Part shown: positions 24,600 to 38,335 of the stretch, one piece after another | Position numbering within the stretch: position 1 is the stretch's first letter | Layout of the letters: every line of letters begins with the position of its first letter | Source of the DNA: Camelus dromedarius | Taxonomy: Eukaryota | Assembly (NCBI RefSeq): GCF_036321535.1 | Contig: NC_087436.1 | Coordinates: 7,688,001-7,752,000 of the forward strand | DNA length: 64,000 nucleotides | Reading direction: 5' to 3' | Program-made: the position numbers and the translations under genes | Notes under the pieces: model-generated | What the model was told of the DNA's origin: nothing | Database searches by the model: none | The model's input: only the letters and a program-made list of their open reading frames with translations

Positions 24600-26873
24600 C
24601 GTCGTTGACCCCATCAACCAGCCTGCCTTCTGAGTCCTACACACTTCTAATTCAACACAGTACTCCTATAACCGTGGCATTTAATTTACTAGATACAATT
24701 ATTTGTCTTTTTCAAGGAAAATGACTTTTTCTTTTTCCAAATGCATTGCTTTCATCCTATTAGAGTCTCACGTCCTGAAACACAGATTATGCTGATAGCC
24801 TCCCAACTTCCTTTGTAGCTTCTAACCTTCCTTACCGCACTTTGGGGTAGAGATTTCTTGATCATGCTTAGCCTGCCATATTCATTTCTTTATCAGATGT
24901 TTGAGGGGAGATGAAAACATTTTTAAATGTTGTCACTAACAAGGGATCAAATTTCAATTTCTCTTCATTTTGTCACTTAAAAAAATATTTGTAATCAGCC
25001 CCAAATTCGTCTTTTTGGACTTCTAAAAAATTACATTTATTTGTATTTTTATTATTCTTTCCTCCAATCTATGTTTTGCAGGCCTATTTTTGTTGTACAA
25101 ACATGGCTTGAGAATTTCTAATTCTATACTTTGCTACATCATCTCGAATTCCTCATGGAAGCTTTCTTGTCCTCTCAACTAAGAGTCATTTCTCTCTTTT
25201 CTCAGAATTTCTATGAGGTAAGATATTGTACATCACTTCATAAATGACTGATTTTGTTAATTTCTCAGATCTGAAGCATCTGGGGATCAGTCACAATTTC
25301 TAATGTATCTTTGTACTTTTATCTAGTGCTCATTGAATGATTATGCAGATAACAGTCACAAAAAAACAGTGACCTCCACCATCCTGTCAAATTAAATAGA
25401 AGTATAAAAAAAATGAGTATTGTGAAAAAGACATTCTGTATTCAGTTATATTGATGCACATTAGATCTGTACGCCACACAAATCCGAGGAGGCTGACCAG
25501 AGTTGCACATTAAAAAATTCTCTCTCTGATATTATGAGTGCTCTGATAAATAATTATGTTAATTCAGGAAGTGTGATGGAATATTATAAACAGGACCCAG
25601 AGAAAATATTTGCCAGAAAAGCAATCACGTGTTCTGTCAGAAAACAAATATTCAGCAATGCCAAAAACAACAACAGCCCAACATAAAGACAGATTTATTT
25701 TGGTGTAACAATTTCTAATCCTTTTGTTCTTTAGTTTCAAAGTCATGTGTCTTGGCAGTGAAGGAACGGTGACAGAAAACTAGCAGCTAAAGTGAGAGCC
25801 CCAAATCTAATTTTAGAGCTAGAATTTCATTTGCCTATTCACTGATGTACAGATGCGTTGATACGTTGTAGGAAAAATCAATGGTGCATTTAAAAACTGC
25901 ATTTCAACTGAAAAACAGAAGGTCATAACCTGGAAGGCAAGATTTATAGTAGCCAAGATTAAGTACTAAGGATGATTTTAAATTTTTCCATTGGCTTAGT
26001 GAATAAGAAGCTTTAAATGGTAGTAAGAATATTGTTTCTTGGTAGGAATATTACATCTGATTTCATATGCTTCCATGAACATCTAAATCGGAAATTTAAT
26101 GCTTCAGTTGACGCAAATTAGAGTACCGTCATTTTGTCACTAAATCCTAAAAATAAAAGGAATAAATAATGCCCTTAAATAAAGGGGATTTGCTAAAATA
26201 CTACTACCGCAGGGCTTTGAGCAAGACAGTCAGTTTGGCTGAAGGCTATTTCCGTACTTACGTTTGGTGATACTTTTAAGAAAGTGTGGCTATGAATGCC
26301 TTCTGTTTTCTTATAACACCAGTCATTGCTGGACGTTGAAAAGACTAAGTAAAACAAATTAAAGTCAGTAACCTAGATCTGAAAGGCATTTGATCTGTTT
26401 CATGATTCTTTGAGTTTACCCATCCTTATCAGACAGATAGTCTCCAGTGCAGACAATTCACACAACACTTAATTCATCTTCGTTAGGCAGGTTGAAGCCC
26501 CCCCTGGGTTGCCATGCCATGTGTTAGGTCTAAAGGCTGGTGGCTAGGACAGCCTCTGCATTTGCAAAAGCACCTCACCACGCTAGAAGGTGGTATAGAA
26601 TCAAAGGTGTGACCTGGAGTTTTGAACATATCACATCTAAGAGGGTGATGCTGTGAATTATAAGTAAGATGCACTGTTAAAATTTCTGTTTATGTTTTCC
26701 AATCAAATAGGATTTGTAAGCATATGATTGATAGTTTAAAAATGTCCTTAGATCTATTTTTTTTTTTCAAGTAACCATAGCTATGAAAACACTGAATCTA
26801 AACACTGCCCTGACATGGGGATCCTTGCCCCATGGTAGATCACCCACGTCTTCCAGAAAGATCTGCCTTTCCA

Positions 26874-26924
26874 ACGTGTGTGTGTGTGTGTGTGTGTGCA
26901 CGCGCGCGCGTGCACGCGTGTGTA
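26874..26924. repeat. Alternating purine-pyrimidine (TG)n(CG)n tract
   Basis: 51 bp of uninterrupted RY alternation, including the palindrome gtgcacgcgcgcgcgtgcac. Confidence 0.95.
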
Positions 26925-28163
26925 AAGGCCTTAACCCACTCAGTATAATAAAAACCTAAATAACTTGAGGATCTGAAATCGAGGTTATAAATTTGATTTA
27001 CATTCAAAGTGTTAAGAATAGTTGCTGGCCCATGGCTAGTTGAGAAGCCCTCGAGACCAATATTCAGTCTTTTGGGTTCTTTCTAATCCAGAATCAAGCA
27101 GGACATGCTCCTGGCATCAGCCTTTATTTAATTTTTATCTTGCTTAGCACAAAATATTGCTGAACTATTCATCTTTAAAAGTACTGAGAACATGTTTTAT
27201 TCGTGGATGACTAGAAAAATTCTAGAAACTAAATTTTAGGAAAATGAAATAGCTTGACCATTTGCACTAATTCTTATTTAAAAAAAAAAAAAAAAGTATT
27301 CGCTCCATTTGCGATTTGAGTGCCAGGTTTCAGAACGTGACATTCTGAGTTGCTGAAATAGAAGCGCTCACAAACTGGTGTCTGGGAGGGAAGTACAGAG
27401 ACTTTAAACCACAGCACCGCGATGTATGGCACTGTAATCAAGAAACAAGCCTTGAGACACATTTTCAGTGAGATTCTTTTATGCTATACGCCTCCCGCAG
27501 GAGGAGATAAAAGATGCTCCTTACAGAGGAAATGCCATGTGTTTTACATGATTTGACATTGCTAATAATGAGTCAGGTGCCGGCACCAGATGAATTTGTG
27601 AAGTGAAACCAGTTTTCTGTAACACGGGATCCAAACACGATCAGGTCAGCACACAGCGATGGATGGTGACGGTAACTTTATAAAGATAATGACTGTTTTA
27701 TGACAAATAAACTATTCCTTATATTGATACTTAATTTTGTTTTCACCTTAAAATTAAATAATGTGTATAATTCTGTAGAACTTTTCATTGTGTGGTTATA
27801 TGGAGTCAAAAAAAGTTTCTTTTTATGTGAGTTATTTTATGGGCTTCTCTTGTTCTAATTTGGCTCTCCTAAATCGATTCTTCAGCTCTGGTTCTGAAAA
27901 TCCTAACCCCAGTGTCTGTGCTCGCATACGTCTGCACAATGAGCTTAAAGGAATTAAGACATGCTTAGTTTATTTTTCAAGGTTTAATTTCTGAATCTGT
28001 TTACTATAAATTGAAATTTTTATACTTCAGTAGAAATATATATATATGCATAAAAATAAATAAATAAATAATTGACACAATATAAACTGACTATACTTCA
28101 ATTAAAATATATATATATATATATTTACACACAAAAAAGTTTTAATTGAAATTTCTTTCCCAC

Positions 28164-28679
28164 CGATACAGGAAAATGGGGCACACAAGAGGATGGAATG
28201 TCCCAGGTCTTAGTGGAGTCCTTGGGATGTGCCCTGTCAAGTGAGGGTCCTTGGCTTCGCACAGGAAAGAATTCAAGAGTGAGCTGTAGTTGAGTAAAAG
28301 TAGATTTATTCAGAAAGATACATACTTCGTAGACAGAGTGCAGGTGTCTTAGAAGGCAAGAGAGACCAGAGGTGTGGGGTGGTTAGTTTTTATGGCCTTG
28401 GTGACTTCATATGCTAACATGTGGGAGGATTATTCCAAGTGTCTTGGGGAAGAGGCTGGGATTCCCAGGAACTGGGCCATCACCCACTTTTTGACCTTTT
28501 ATGGTCAGCCTCGGAAACTTCATGGCACCTGTGGGTGTGCCATTTACCAGGTTAATGTATTACAGTGAGTGTATAATGAAACTCAAGGTCTACTGGAAGT
28601 CAAGTCCCCTGCCATCTTGGTGCTAACTGCTGTGTCATTCCTTGAATGGCTGTGCTCTGCCCTCTTCCCTCCTGTCTCA
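28164..28679 (-). mobile_element. Solo LTR (ERV1-like), same family as 50158-50719
   Basis: Reverse complement starts TGAGACAGGAGGGAAGAGGGCAGAGCACAGCC...AAGATGGC...GACCTTGAGTTTCATTATA, matching the 50158 copy. tttatt near 28305; TSD ccac/ccaa. Confidence 0.85.
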
Positions 28680-28699
28680 CCAATATGATTTAATTTACA

Positions 28700-30390
28700 G
28701 GAAGGTGACTGTATCTTACCCTTCCTCTATTTTACTGCCTAGAACACATCAGTAACATCATAGACCCTTATAAATATGCAGAGAATGATTGCATTAATAT
28801 TAATCAATCAAGTTTAACTATCATAATTGCAAATAACAGATCGTACACATTTTTTTTCTAATAATTTTTGCTCTCCCTTCTTCATCAAAGACTGTTCCAC
28901 ACTCAAACAGTGGAGTCTCCCTTTGCTTTCTAAACTCTCTGGCAGTATCTTTTGATCGCATTTCACAGAGAAAATAAAAACGGTTAAAAATGAATCCTGT
29001 TATCTACCCTGTACCAAATGCATAAATTCTCTGCATTTTTACCCTTTCTGTCCTTGTCTCTGGGTAAAATTTAAAGACATGCCAATGTTCTATGAAGTGC
29101 TAGTCCCTCTTGTGACCTCTAGATTTTCTAACAAATTGACTTCTCAGGGACCTGAATTCGACTAGAAATCTCCTATCTGTCCTCAATCTTTAGTCACTCC
29201 TTTATGAAGACCCCAGTATCATTTTTTAGATATGTTTTGGTAGTTACAGTAGTAGAAAACCAAATCAAAACACAAGAAAACACATTTCTCATAGCAAATC
29301 CTTCTCTAGCTAGCATCATATTTTCCTGCATAATTTTTCAACCACAATCCAGATATCCCAAAACTTTGAAAACCAAAAGTTTTTTTTTTTTTTAATTTTA
29401 TTTAGCTGGTCAAAAATCTTCTCAGAATTTAAATGATGAGAGGCAGTTTATAGTCTTATCTAATTTAGCATGAATATTCACATATTCATATATTTCACTC
29501 CAGAAAAGTTAATGGAATTTCAAAAACAATATTTGATTTTGGAGTGCTGTTAAGAGGTCAAAGTGGTGTCACTTACAAACAATAGGTGTTTCTTTACCTT
29601 TTTTTAATATGAAATATTCAGAATTCCGAACACACCTGAGCCCTAAATTTTCGCATAAGGGACTGTGGACCTGTCTTATCCTGCTTGGCCAAATTTCTCA
29701 AGATAGTCTTGTCCCACACTGTTTCCTCTTTATTGACTTCAAGTCACCATTCAGTTCACTCCAGACTTCTCTATCAAAATTATTTTTGCTCAGGTAACTA
29801 GTCATTTCCATGTTGATAAACCCAAATGGCATTTTCCATTTCTTTCTTAACTGTTAGCACCATTTGACTTGGTTGATCATCCCCAGCTCTCTGAGATACT
29901 CTGCTTTCTCTAGGTTTCCATGACACCCTCCAATCCCTGTGTATTCTTTTCAGTCTGTCAAACAGGCTTCTCCTCTACCCATCCTCTGAAGGTTGGTGGT
30001 CCTTATATTTTCTGTATTACTATCTTTCTACATCCTTGAAACATGAGCATTCCATCCCTGCTCATGGCCTGTCAAGTAACGATTCCCAAATGTATATATT
30101 CCAACTGTGTAATGTTGTTGCTGTAAGCCTGCACAGCCAGCTCGGTATGCAGAAGGCTCCCCGTGGACGGTATGCATGAATCTCCAACTTTTCTTGCTTC
30201 AACTTTAACTCACATTTTCTTCCCTGCATCTTCCCTTGATAAAACAAAGCTTAACTAAAACGACTTCTTTCTCCATTCAGTAATTGAAAAGTGTTTGTTA
30301 AGTAATTACTATAAGCCTAGTCATCTTCTCAGCACTGGGAACATATTAGTGGGAGAGATGATTGTGGTCTCTGTCTGCATGGAGAAGACC
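28700..30390. mobile_element. Cluster of L2 fragments (mostly +)
   Basis: catttcacagagaaaataaaa, catttgacttggttgatcat...ctaggtttccatgacacc and gattcccaaatgtatatattcca are L2 ORF2-like segments. Confidence 0.6.
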
Positions 30391-30483
30391 AGATTTGTTT
30401 TTTGGACTAAATTCCATGACTTGTTATATTAGAATTTTCTATGAAAGAAGAATAAGTATCCTCAATATTTGAAATGTCATTGA

Positions 30484-31173
30484 GAAAACAGACCTACCAT
30501 ATGATCCAGCAATCGCACTCCTGGGCACATACCTGGAAGGAACTGTAATTCAAAAAAAATACATGCATCTCAATGTTCACAGCAGCACTATTTACAACAG
30601 CCAAGTCATGGAAGCAACCTAAACATTCATCGACAGATGACTGGATAAACAAGTTGTGGTATGTTTATACAATAGAATACTACTCAGCCATAAAAAAGAA
30701 TAAAATAATGCCATTTGCAGTAATATGAATGGACCTGGAAATTGTTTTTCTAAGTGAGGTAAGTCAGAAAGAAAAAGAAAAATACCATATGATATCACTC
30801 ATATGTGAAATCTAAAAAAAAAAAAAAAAAAAAAGACACAAATGAATTTATTTGCAAAACAGAAACAGACTCACAGACAGACATAGAAAACAGACTTATG
30901 GTTACGAGGGGTGAAAGGTGGTGGGAAGGGATTAAATTGGGAGTTCAAGATTTGCAGATACTAACTACTATATATAAAATTGATATTTAATAAGTTTCTT
31001 CTGTATAGCACAGGGAACTATATTCAATATCTTGTAACTTATAATGAACAAGAATATGAAAAGCAATACATGCATGTGTATGTAGGACTGAGACATGATG
31101 CTGTACACCTGAAAATGACACAGCATTGTAAACTGACTCTACTTCAATAAAAAATAAAATAAAATAAAATAAT
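30484..31173 (+). mobile_element. 5'-truncated L1 (end of ORF2, 3' UTR, A-rich tail)
   Basis: DLPYDPAI...WKQPK...YYSAIKK...KYHMISLIC. Tail (aaaat)n; TSD core gtcattga on both sides. Confidence 0.95.
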
Positions 31174-31279
31174 AAGTCATTGAAAGCAGCAAGTTAGAAC
31201 TTCTGAGAATAATTTTTCTAAAATCTCGTTTGAAAACATGTTAAAGCATTACATTGTTATTTTATGCATAAATCGTTTA

Positions 31280-31418
31280 TTTATTTTTTTAAATTTTTTT
31301 GAGAGGGGAGGTAATTAGGTTTACTTATTTATTTATTATTTAGAGGAGGTACTGGGATTGAACCCAGGACCTTGTGCATGTTAAGCATGCAGTCTACAAC
31401 TTGAGCTATACCCTCCCC
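31280..31418 (-). mobile_element. Vic-1-like SINE
   Basis: Antisense tRNA-Ala-like head. TSD cataaatcgttta / catgaattgttta. Confidence 0.92.
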
Positions 31419-31679
31419 CATGAATTGTTTAATTTTAATTAATTCTTAGATTGGTGTGAACCATTTAATTATTCTCTTTCTAGTGATAAGTCCAATTCCT
31501 TTTCTCTCATTGAGTTGAAATACATCAAGATGGCCCAAGTTATCATTCAAATTTATAATTTTAGGGATCCTAAGTAATGGCTAGGATTTGGATGATTACA
31601 GCATATAGAAAAATGCTGGAAAATATGGGAAAACTTCACTATTTTATACAAAATACAAATTTACTTTTAATTTGTAATA

Positions 31680-31900
31680 ATAATAAAAACGTTCAATTTT
31701 TAATGTTCACCATGTGCCAACACTGTAATAACACTTCAAATGCTTTATTCTTTTTAACCCTGATAACAATCTTATAAACCAGGGGCTTTCATTTCACAGA
31801 TTTGCAAACAGATTTAAGGATGTTAACTAGCTCATCTGAGATCACCGATAGTAAATCCCAAAGCCAGGCTTCAAAACCTTATCTTATGACAAGTCTTAAA
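31680..31900 (-). mobile_element. MIR SINE
   Basis: catgtgccaacactg...ataacaatcttat...catttcacagat...gttaactagctcatctgagatcac...aagccaggcttcaaaacc. Confidence 0.7.
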
Positions 31901-34900
31901 TGTCACTGTCCATCACTCTTGTATCGATACAAAAAAACAATGACTCAAATCAGGGCACTGATGACGGAAAATTGAGTATTTGCTACCTGTGAGAGCACAG
32001 AATTTTATTTCTCTCTCAAAAATGTTATCTAAGTTGAAGAGGTTTGAAATATTGTGAGATGGTTAAAGAACTCAGTAGAGGAACTGCTGTTCAACCTTTA
32101 TTTGGCTGATTACATGATAATTACCCCTTACCCTTCTCATATAACCAGACAGCCCAAGAAATAACAACTTAGTCAAATGGTAGAAGGAACAATAGACTCT
32201 CTTATCCTGAGTCATATTCCCATTTAATTGTTAAAATAAAGAATACCCCTTTTTACTGGCATACGAAGTGACTCCAATGGAAATACCACAAAATACATAT
32301 TGGTGTGAATTATAGTTTTTACGGAGCATCCAATTTAGATTCTTATAGCTGATGCCATTTACCTGGTTTATTAATTTCAGAACACAGTCATTAATGATTT
32401 GAGTCTCTAGCATGCATTCACCACGGCACCAGAGCAAAAAGAAGTACAGCTAACATCAGCAGAAATGTCAGAGATACTAATGTGGCTTTTTGAAACCTCT
32501 GTAGTTGCTGACCTAGTTTTAATTGATAGTCTCCGATGCTAAGAGGAGAGGGTTTGTGGCCTGAATAGGAGAAAACTTTCCCTAAAAGCTGTGAAGACAG
32601 AATCACTTAAATCCAATGTTCCAGATTTGACTTGCTATGTGAGATAATAAAAAAAAATATATGAGTAAAGACTAATGAAAGGCAATTCAGCATTGACCTT
32701 GGATGGTATCCGTCACAGCTGTATGGGACTGGTATTATGTGCCTTTTTAGATGATGGCTTTTGTATAGAAATTATTTTTCCCACCTTTGCATGTGCCTGG
32801 GAACTTCTCAATCAGAATCAGGAATCAGCCTAAAAATTACTTTTTGTGGTCTTTTCCTAACCTCCTATGCAAAGTAGCTAAGTGCATTGCTGTTACTCTC
32901 TGAAACAGCACCCTATTGTCGGCCACCTAAGCACTTCCCCAATTTTCATCTATTAATTTTTTTATTCATTTGTCTAGTGTGTGTCTCTTCCATTAGAATC
33001 TAAATCCATCACTGGCATATAACAGCCCAGTAGTACTATTTGCTAAATAAATGCTATTGGGTAATTATTTACTGGCACTATATGCAGGCTACCTGTGTCC
33101 TCAGAACAGGTTCTCATGGTTGAGAAAAAGCAGGCACTCTAAAGCAAATGTCACCATTTTTATAGAGACATTTTCTGTCTGTTATTTCTGATATAAACCT
33201 AACCTTTCTGGAGGGCTCTAAAAGATGCTGTTCTATGCTTCCTACTCACCCAAACTATGAGTCATGTAAGCTTAGTTTACCACTGGACTTTCAATTATGT
33301 TTTTTCATCAAACGTTTGATTGATTGAATTTATGAATGAGCTTGCTCATGATTCCACGGTATAAACTGTCTCTAAATGAACACACTTAACATTAATAGAT
33401 CCAAAAATAGATCTTACAAAGTTAAGAAATACTAAAGATACTAGAGGAAACTAAAATCCCCAGCGAAATTCACAGAGGATAAGAAGAAATCCCACTTGGC
33501 TGAAATGCTCCAAAACCATTGTTAACATAAAAGCGAAGTTCAGTAAGTTTAATTAAAACAAAGAAAGAAAGAAAACTCTCCACACTAATGTCAGTTTACT
33601 CACAGGAAGTAGATCTCACTCGTGGCCGTATCTTTATTACCTTTGATACTCTGATGTGTGAATAAAACATTTTACATAATTATATTTTGGAAAAGCTACC
33701 TTTTTGGGGGGAAAAATGATTTTCATCATGCCAAGTTTGTCATACAAAATAAAGTTTATTGTACTCTAAAAAGCACCTTCTTACGGAATACTTTTGGTAA
33801 GAGAACATAATAAATGCACAGATTTGCATATGAGGACTCCTCCATTTATCTGGCAAAGTATTTCCTTCCCCAATCTTCCTACAATGTTGTTGAGGATGCT
33901 TCAGTAAGTACTTTCCTTTACTTTTTCATGTCCTTAAAAAGGTTGCCAAATGTTGAAGAGAGATCTACTCATCCAAGCTTAATTGCATTTACTGTTTTAA
34001 AATTCCAGAGTATCCAAACCACTTTTCTTTTGTGAAGTCCTAATACAAGTGCCAGAGAAATTGAAAAAAAAAAAAAAAAAAAAGAAAAGAAATTGGAGAA
34101 GGATGCTAAGTAAGTAGATTTACTATGCTGTTAACCTGATTCTGAAGCTTCTCAACTCAAATGTAATTTGTCCGAGCATCTTTTAATTATTTGAAAAGGT
34201 TTATTTAAAAGTGCTTCATTGAACAAGTGTTTTTAGACTTAGTAAAAACACAGTATAAAAACGTAAAAGAATAATATTTCTCAACCTTAAGGAGAACTCA
34301 TAGAATCTTCAAATTTTGAAATATTAACTGTGTTTAACTTTTTGAACACAAGGAAAGTAAAGTGTTGCATTGTTATCCTAACATCATACTGGATAAAATT
34401 GAAATAATAACAAGGTTATCAATTTATTATAGCTTCAATGGAAGACATACATGTTTTGCACTGTATAGCTCAAAACATAAAATATAAAGTTTTAACAATA
34501 AAATAAATTTCACAGTACTAAAAAGACATCAGTTTTAAAATATTTTCACTAGTTATTTTTTAATTAACCAGAATTGTAGCTATTTTGCATGCAATATAGT
34601 CATAAGCATTATCTAACAGATGTAAAAATATGCTGAAAAAAATAAATTATTCAAACAAAACTTCATCCAGGAATATATTTAAATTTTACCTTCATTTTTG
34701 CAACATAGGCTTATACAGTTGGCAAATATCCAATATTTGGCTTTTTATACTTTGCTACACAGTAACCCATTTTCATTTATTCTCCAAAATACAAAATATA
34801 GGCTTTAAAAATATCCTAGCTCCAATTGTTTAGATTACTAATGAATAAGCTTAAGAATCTGGAAGACAGACTTGTTGTTCTTTTTTGTCTAAATAATTTA

Positions 34901-36304
34901 GACAATTTGGTGTGAAATATATTTAAAAAAAAAAAAAGCGGGAGGCTGCTAATATCTTGAAATGGATTACATAGAATGGAAGTCTGCAAACAACCCTAAA
35001 TCATTGGTCAGTTCTCAAGTCTTCCATTTTTCTTAGCCGTGTAGATCCGATGCAAATGACCTCCTGGATTCCAGTGTGCAGGAGGGAAGATGAGTATGGA
35101 TGTTTGGTGCTTCTGCAAAACTCTTAAAGCATGTGTTCATTATCTAGTCCCTAGGAACACACAGTTTATATCAGTGGCTAGTAACTTGACCTCAGAGGAT
35201 GTGTAAATATCCCCTAACTTACTTGCAAAATATTGAGAGATGAGTCAGAGGACTTTTGAGGTAAAGAATGGACATTTTTAATCAGATTACTGAATGGCAT
35301 CCTCAACTCTCTGAAAAGGGTTGGAAACCAGTAGCAACTAAAAAATAAATCATTTTAAAAATAAGAAAACAACACTTTGTTTTATGAATTTAAAAGCAGC
35401 TTGTGTTTACATGCCTACACTTTTTTAAGGTTCTTTGTTCATAAACTCATGGAATCATGGATCAGGAAGACGTCAAGAAAAACTGTAATCAAATATTCCC
35501 AAAAATGAATAATAATTTTCCTTAAGTATTCGGAATTAAATTTAAGCACCTTTATAAAATAATCCAGTATTATACTTGTAGTTTCAGCATTTTCCTTTCC
35601 ACTGACTAGCATATGGAATTCTTCATGCATCGGAAAAAAAATTTCTCTCATACTGTCCGTGCTAAAAGAATCACTTGGTCTATTGATAAACTTCTATTCT
35701 CCATAGGAAGTAAGTTTATGTATTTTACTGTTCTTTGTAATAGTTTCATCTTACCTTTAATTACCCACATTGCACTCCTTTGGCACTTTTAGTGGTGCAT
35801 ACTGTGGCTCAGAGGTCCATTTATAGAAAAATATTTTTTGTAACAACTTTAGAAGACTTTGTTCTTATTTTTTACCTAATGAATCATTTATAATAATAAC
35901 TTTAATAAATATTTATTGAAAATATTTATTTGAAGACTTCATGAAAATTTCATGTCATTGATTCATTCACATTTCATAGTCTAACTTAAAGTATTCAAAA
36001 GTATCTCATGGTATTTTTAACTTAACTGATTTCATTTCTACCTTTTTAATGACAATTCATTTTGTCTCTGTTTTACGCATCCCTTTGCTTAGCTAACTAT
36101 GATCATTTGCTTTTCTGTAATTCTTCTGAATTTGCCTTCTAACCCTCCTGGATGCATTATATCTCTAAGCTGCTTCCTTTATTAAGTGTAACATGTCTAA
36201 ACGTTCTCAAAATTTGTCTCAAATTTATTTCTTTAACAATTTTTAATCTAAACACTTAATAGTCTATCATTTTTTAAAAAACTGAATGCCAAAGATAATT
36301 TAAT

Positions 36305-38335
36305 TTCTTAAATGAATTGTAGTTTATTTACAGTGTTGTGTTAGTTTCTGGTGTACATATATGTATGTGTGTGTGTATGTATATATATATACACATACAT
36401 ATTCTTTTTCAAATTCTTTTTCAGTGTAGTTTTTTACAAGATATTGAATATAGTTCCCTGTGCTATACAGTAAGTCCTTGCTGTTTATCTATTTTATATA
36501 CAGTAGTTGAATCCACGAATCCCAGACTCCTAATTTATCCCTCCCCTCTTCCCCATTTGGTAACCATAAGTTTGTTTTCTATGTCTGTGATTCTATTTCT
36601 GTTTGTATATAATTTCGTTTTTATAATTTTGTAGATTCCACATATAAGTGATATCATATGATATTTGTCTTTATCTGTCTGACTTAAATAACTTTGTATG
36701 CTCACCTCTAGGTCCAAACATGTTGATGCAAATGGCATTATTTTACTCTTTTTTATGGCTAAGTAGTATTCCATTGCATAAATATACCACATCTTCTTTA
36801 CCTAGTCATCTGTCAATGGGGATTTAGGTTGATTCCATGTCTTGGTTATTCTAAATAGCACTGCTATGAACATTGATGTACATGTATCTTTTCAAATTAG
36901 AGTTTTCTCTGGATATATGCCCAGGAGTGGGGTAGCTAGATCATATGGTAACTCTATTTTTAGTTTTTAAAGGAATCTTTATATTGTTTTCCATAGCAGC
37001 TGTACCAATTTACATTTCCACCAACATTATAGGAGAGTTTCCTTTTCTACACACTCTCTCCAGCATTCACTATTTGTAGATATTTTGATGATGACCATTC
37101 TGACCGGTGTGAGGTAATAACTCATTGCAGTTTTGACTTACATCTAATAATTAGTGATATAGAGCATCTTTTCAGGTGTCTATTGGCCATTTGTATGTCT
37201 TCTTTGGAGAAATATCTGTTTAGGTCTTCTGCCCATTTTTTGAATGGGTTGTTTCTTTTTTGTTATTGAGTTGTATGAACTGTATGTATATTTTGGAAAT
37301 CAAGCCCCTGTCAGTTATATCATCTGCAAATATTTTCTCCCTGTTCATAGGTTGTCTTTTCATTTTGCTTATGGTTTCCTTTACTGTGCAAAAGCTTGTA
37401 AGTTTAATTTGGTCCTATTTGTTTATTTTTGCTTTTATTTCTTTTGCCTTGGGAGACTGACCTAAGAAAACATTACGTCAGAGAATGTTTTGCCTATGTG
37501 TTCCTCTAAGAGGTTTTGTAGTGTCTTGTCTTATGTTGAAGTCTTTAAGCCATTTTGAATTTATTTTTGTGTATGGTGTGAGAGAGTGTTCTAGCTTCAT
37601 TGATTTACATGTGGCTGTCCAGCCACTTGATGAAGAAACTGTCTTTTCTTTATTGTATATTCTTTCTTCCTTTGTCATAGATTAATTGACCATTAAGTGT
37701 GTGGGTTCATTTCTGTGCTCTCTATTCTGTTCCATTGATCTACATGTCTGCTTTTGTGCCAGTACTGTAGTGTTTTGATTACTGTAGCTTTCTAGCTTTC
37801 TAGTATTGTCTGAAGCCAGGGAGTGTGATACCTCCAGATTGTTCTTTTTTCTCAAGATTGCTTTGGCAATTCAGGATCTTTTGTGGTTCAATATAAATTT
37901 TAGAATTATTAGCTCTAGTTCTGTGAAAAATGTCATGGGTAATTTGATAGGGATCCTATTAACTCTGTAGATTGCTTTGGGTACTATGGCCATTTTAACA
38001 ATATCAATTCTTCTTCTCAAAGACTATGTGATATCTCCATTTCCTTGAAGGATCTTCAATTTCCTTTATCAATATTTTGTAGTTCTCAGCATGTAAGTAA
38101 GCCTTTCACCTCCTTGGTCACGTTTATTTGTAAATTTTTTTTATATGATTTTAAAAGGGATTTTTTATACTTTCTCTTTCTGATATTTCATCAGTAGTAT
38201 ACAGAAATGCAACAGATATCTGTATTTTTTTTGAGAATTTTTGCATCCATCTATAGTCATCAAAAATAGTGGCCTGTAATTTTCCTTTCTGATACTGTCT
38301 TTGCCTGGTTTTGGTATCCAGGTGTTGGTGGTTAT
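36305..38335 (-). mobile_element. About 2-kb 5'-truncated L1 (ORF2 C-terminal part and 3' UTR)
   Basis: ORF track pieces MWYIYAMEYYLAIKK...KYHMISLICGI and [20 protein letters not shown] are L1 ORF2. Many disablements. Confidence 0.95.

Noticed and set aside
14151..30500. Two L1 segments both starting at aaaa(t/c)agacctacc
   Set aside because: With only two examples this is likely coincidence or A-rich microhomology; they have different TSDs.
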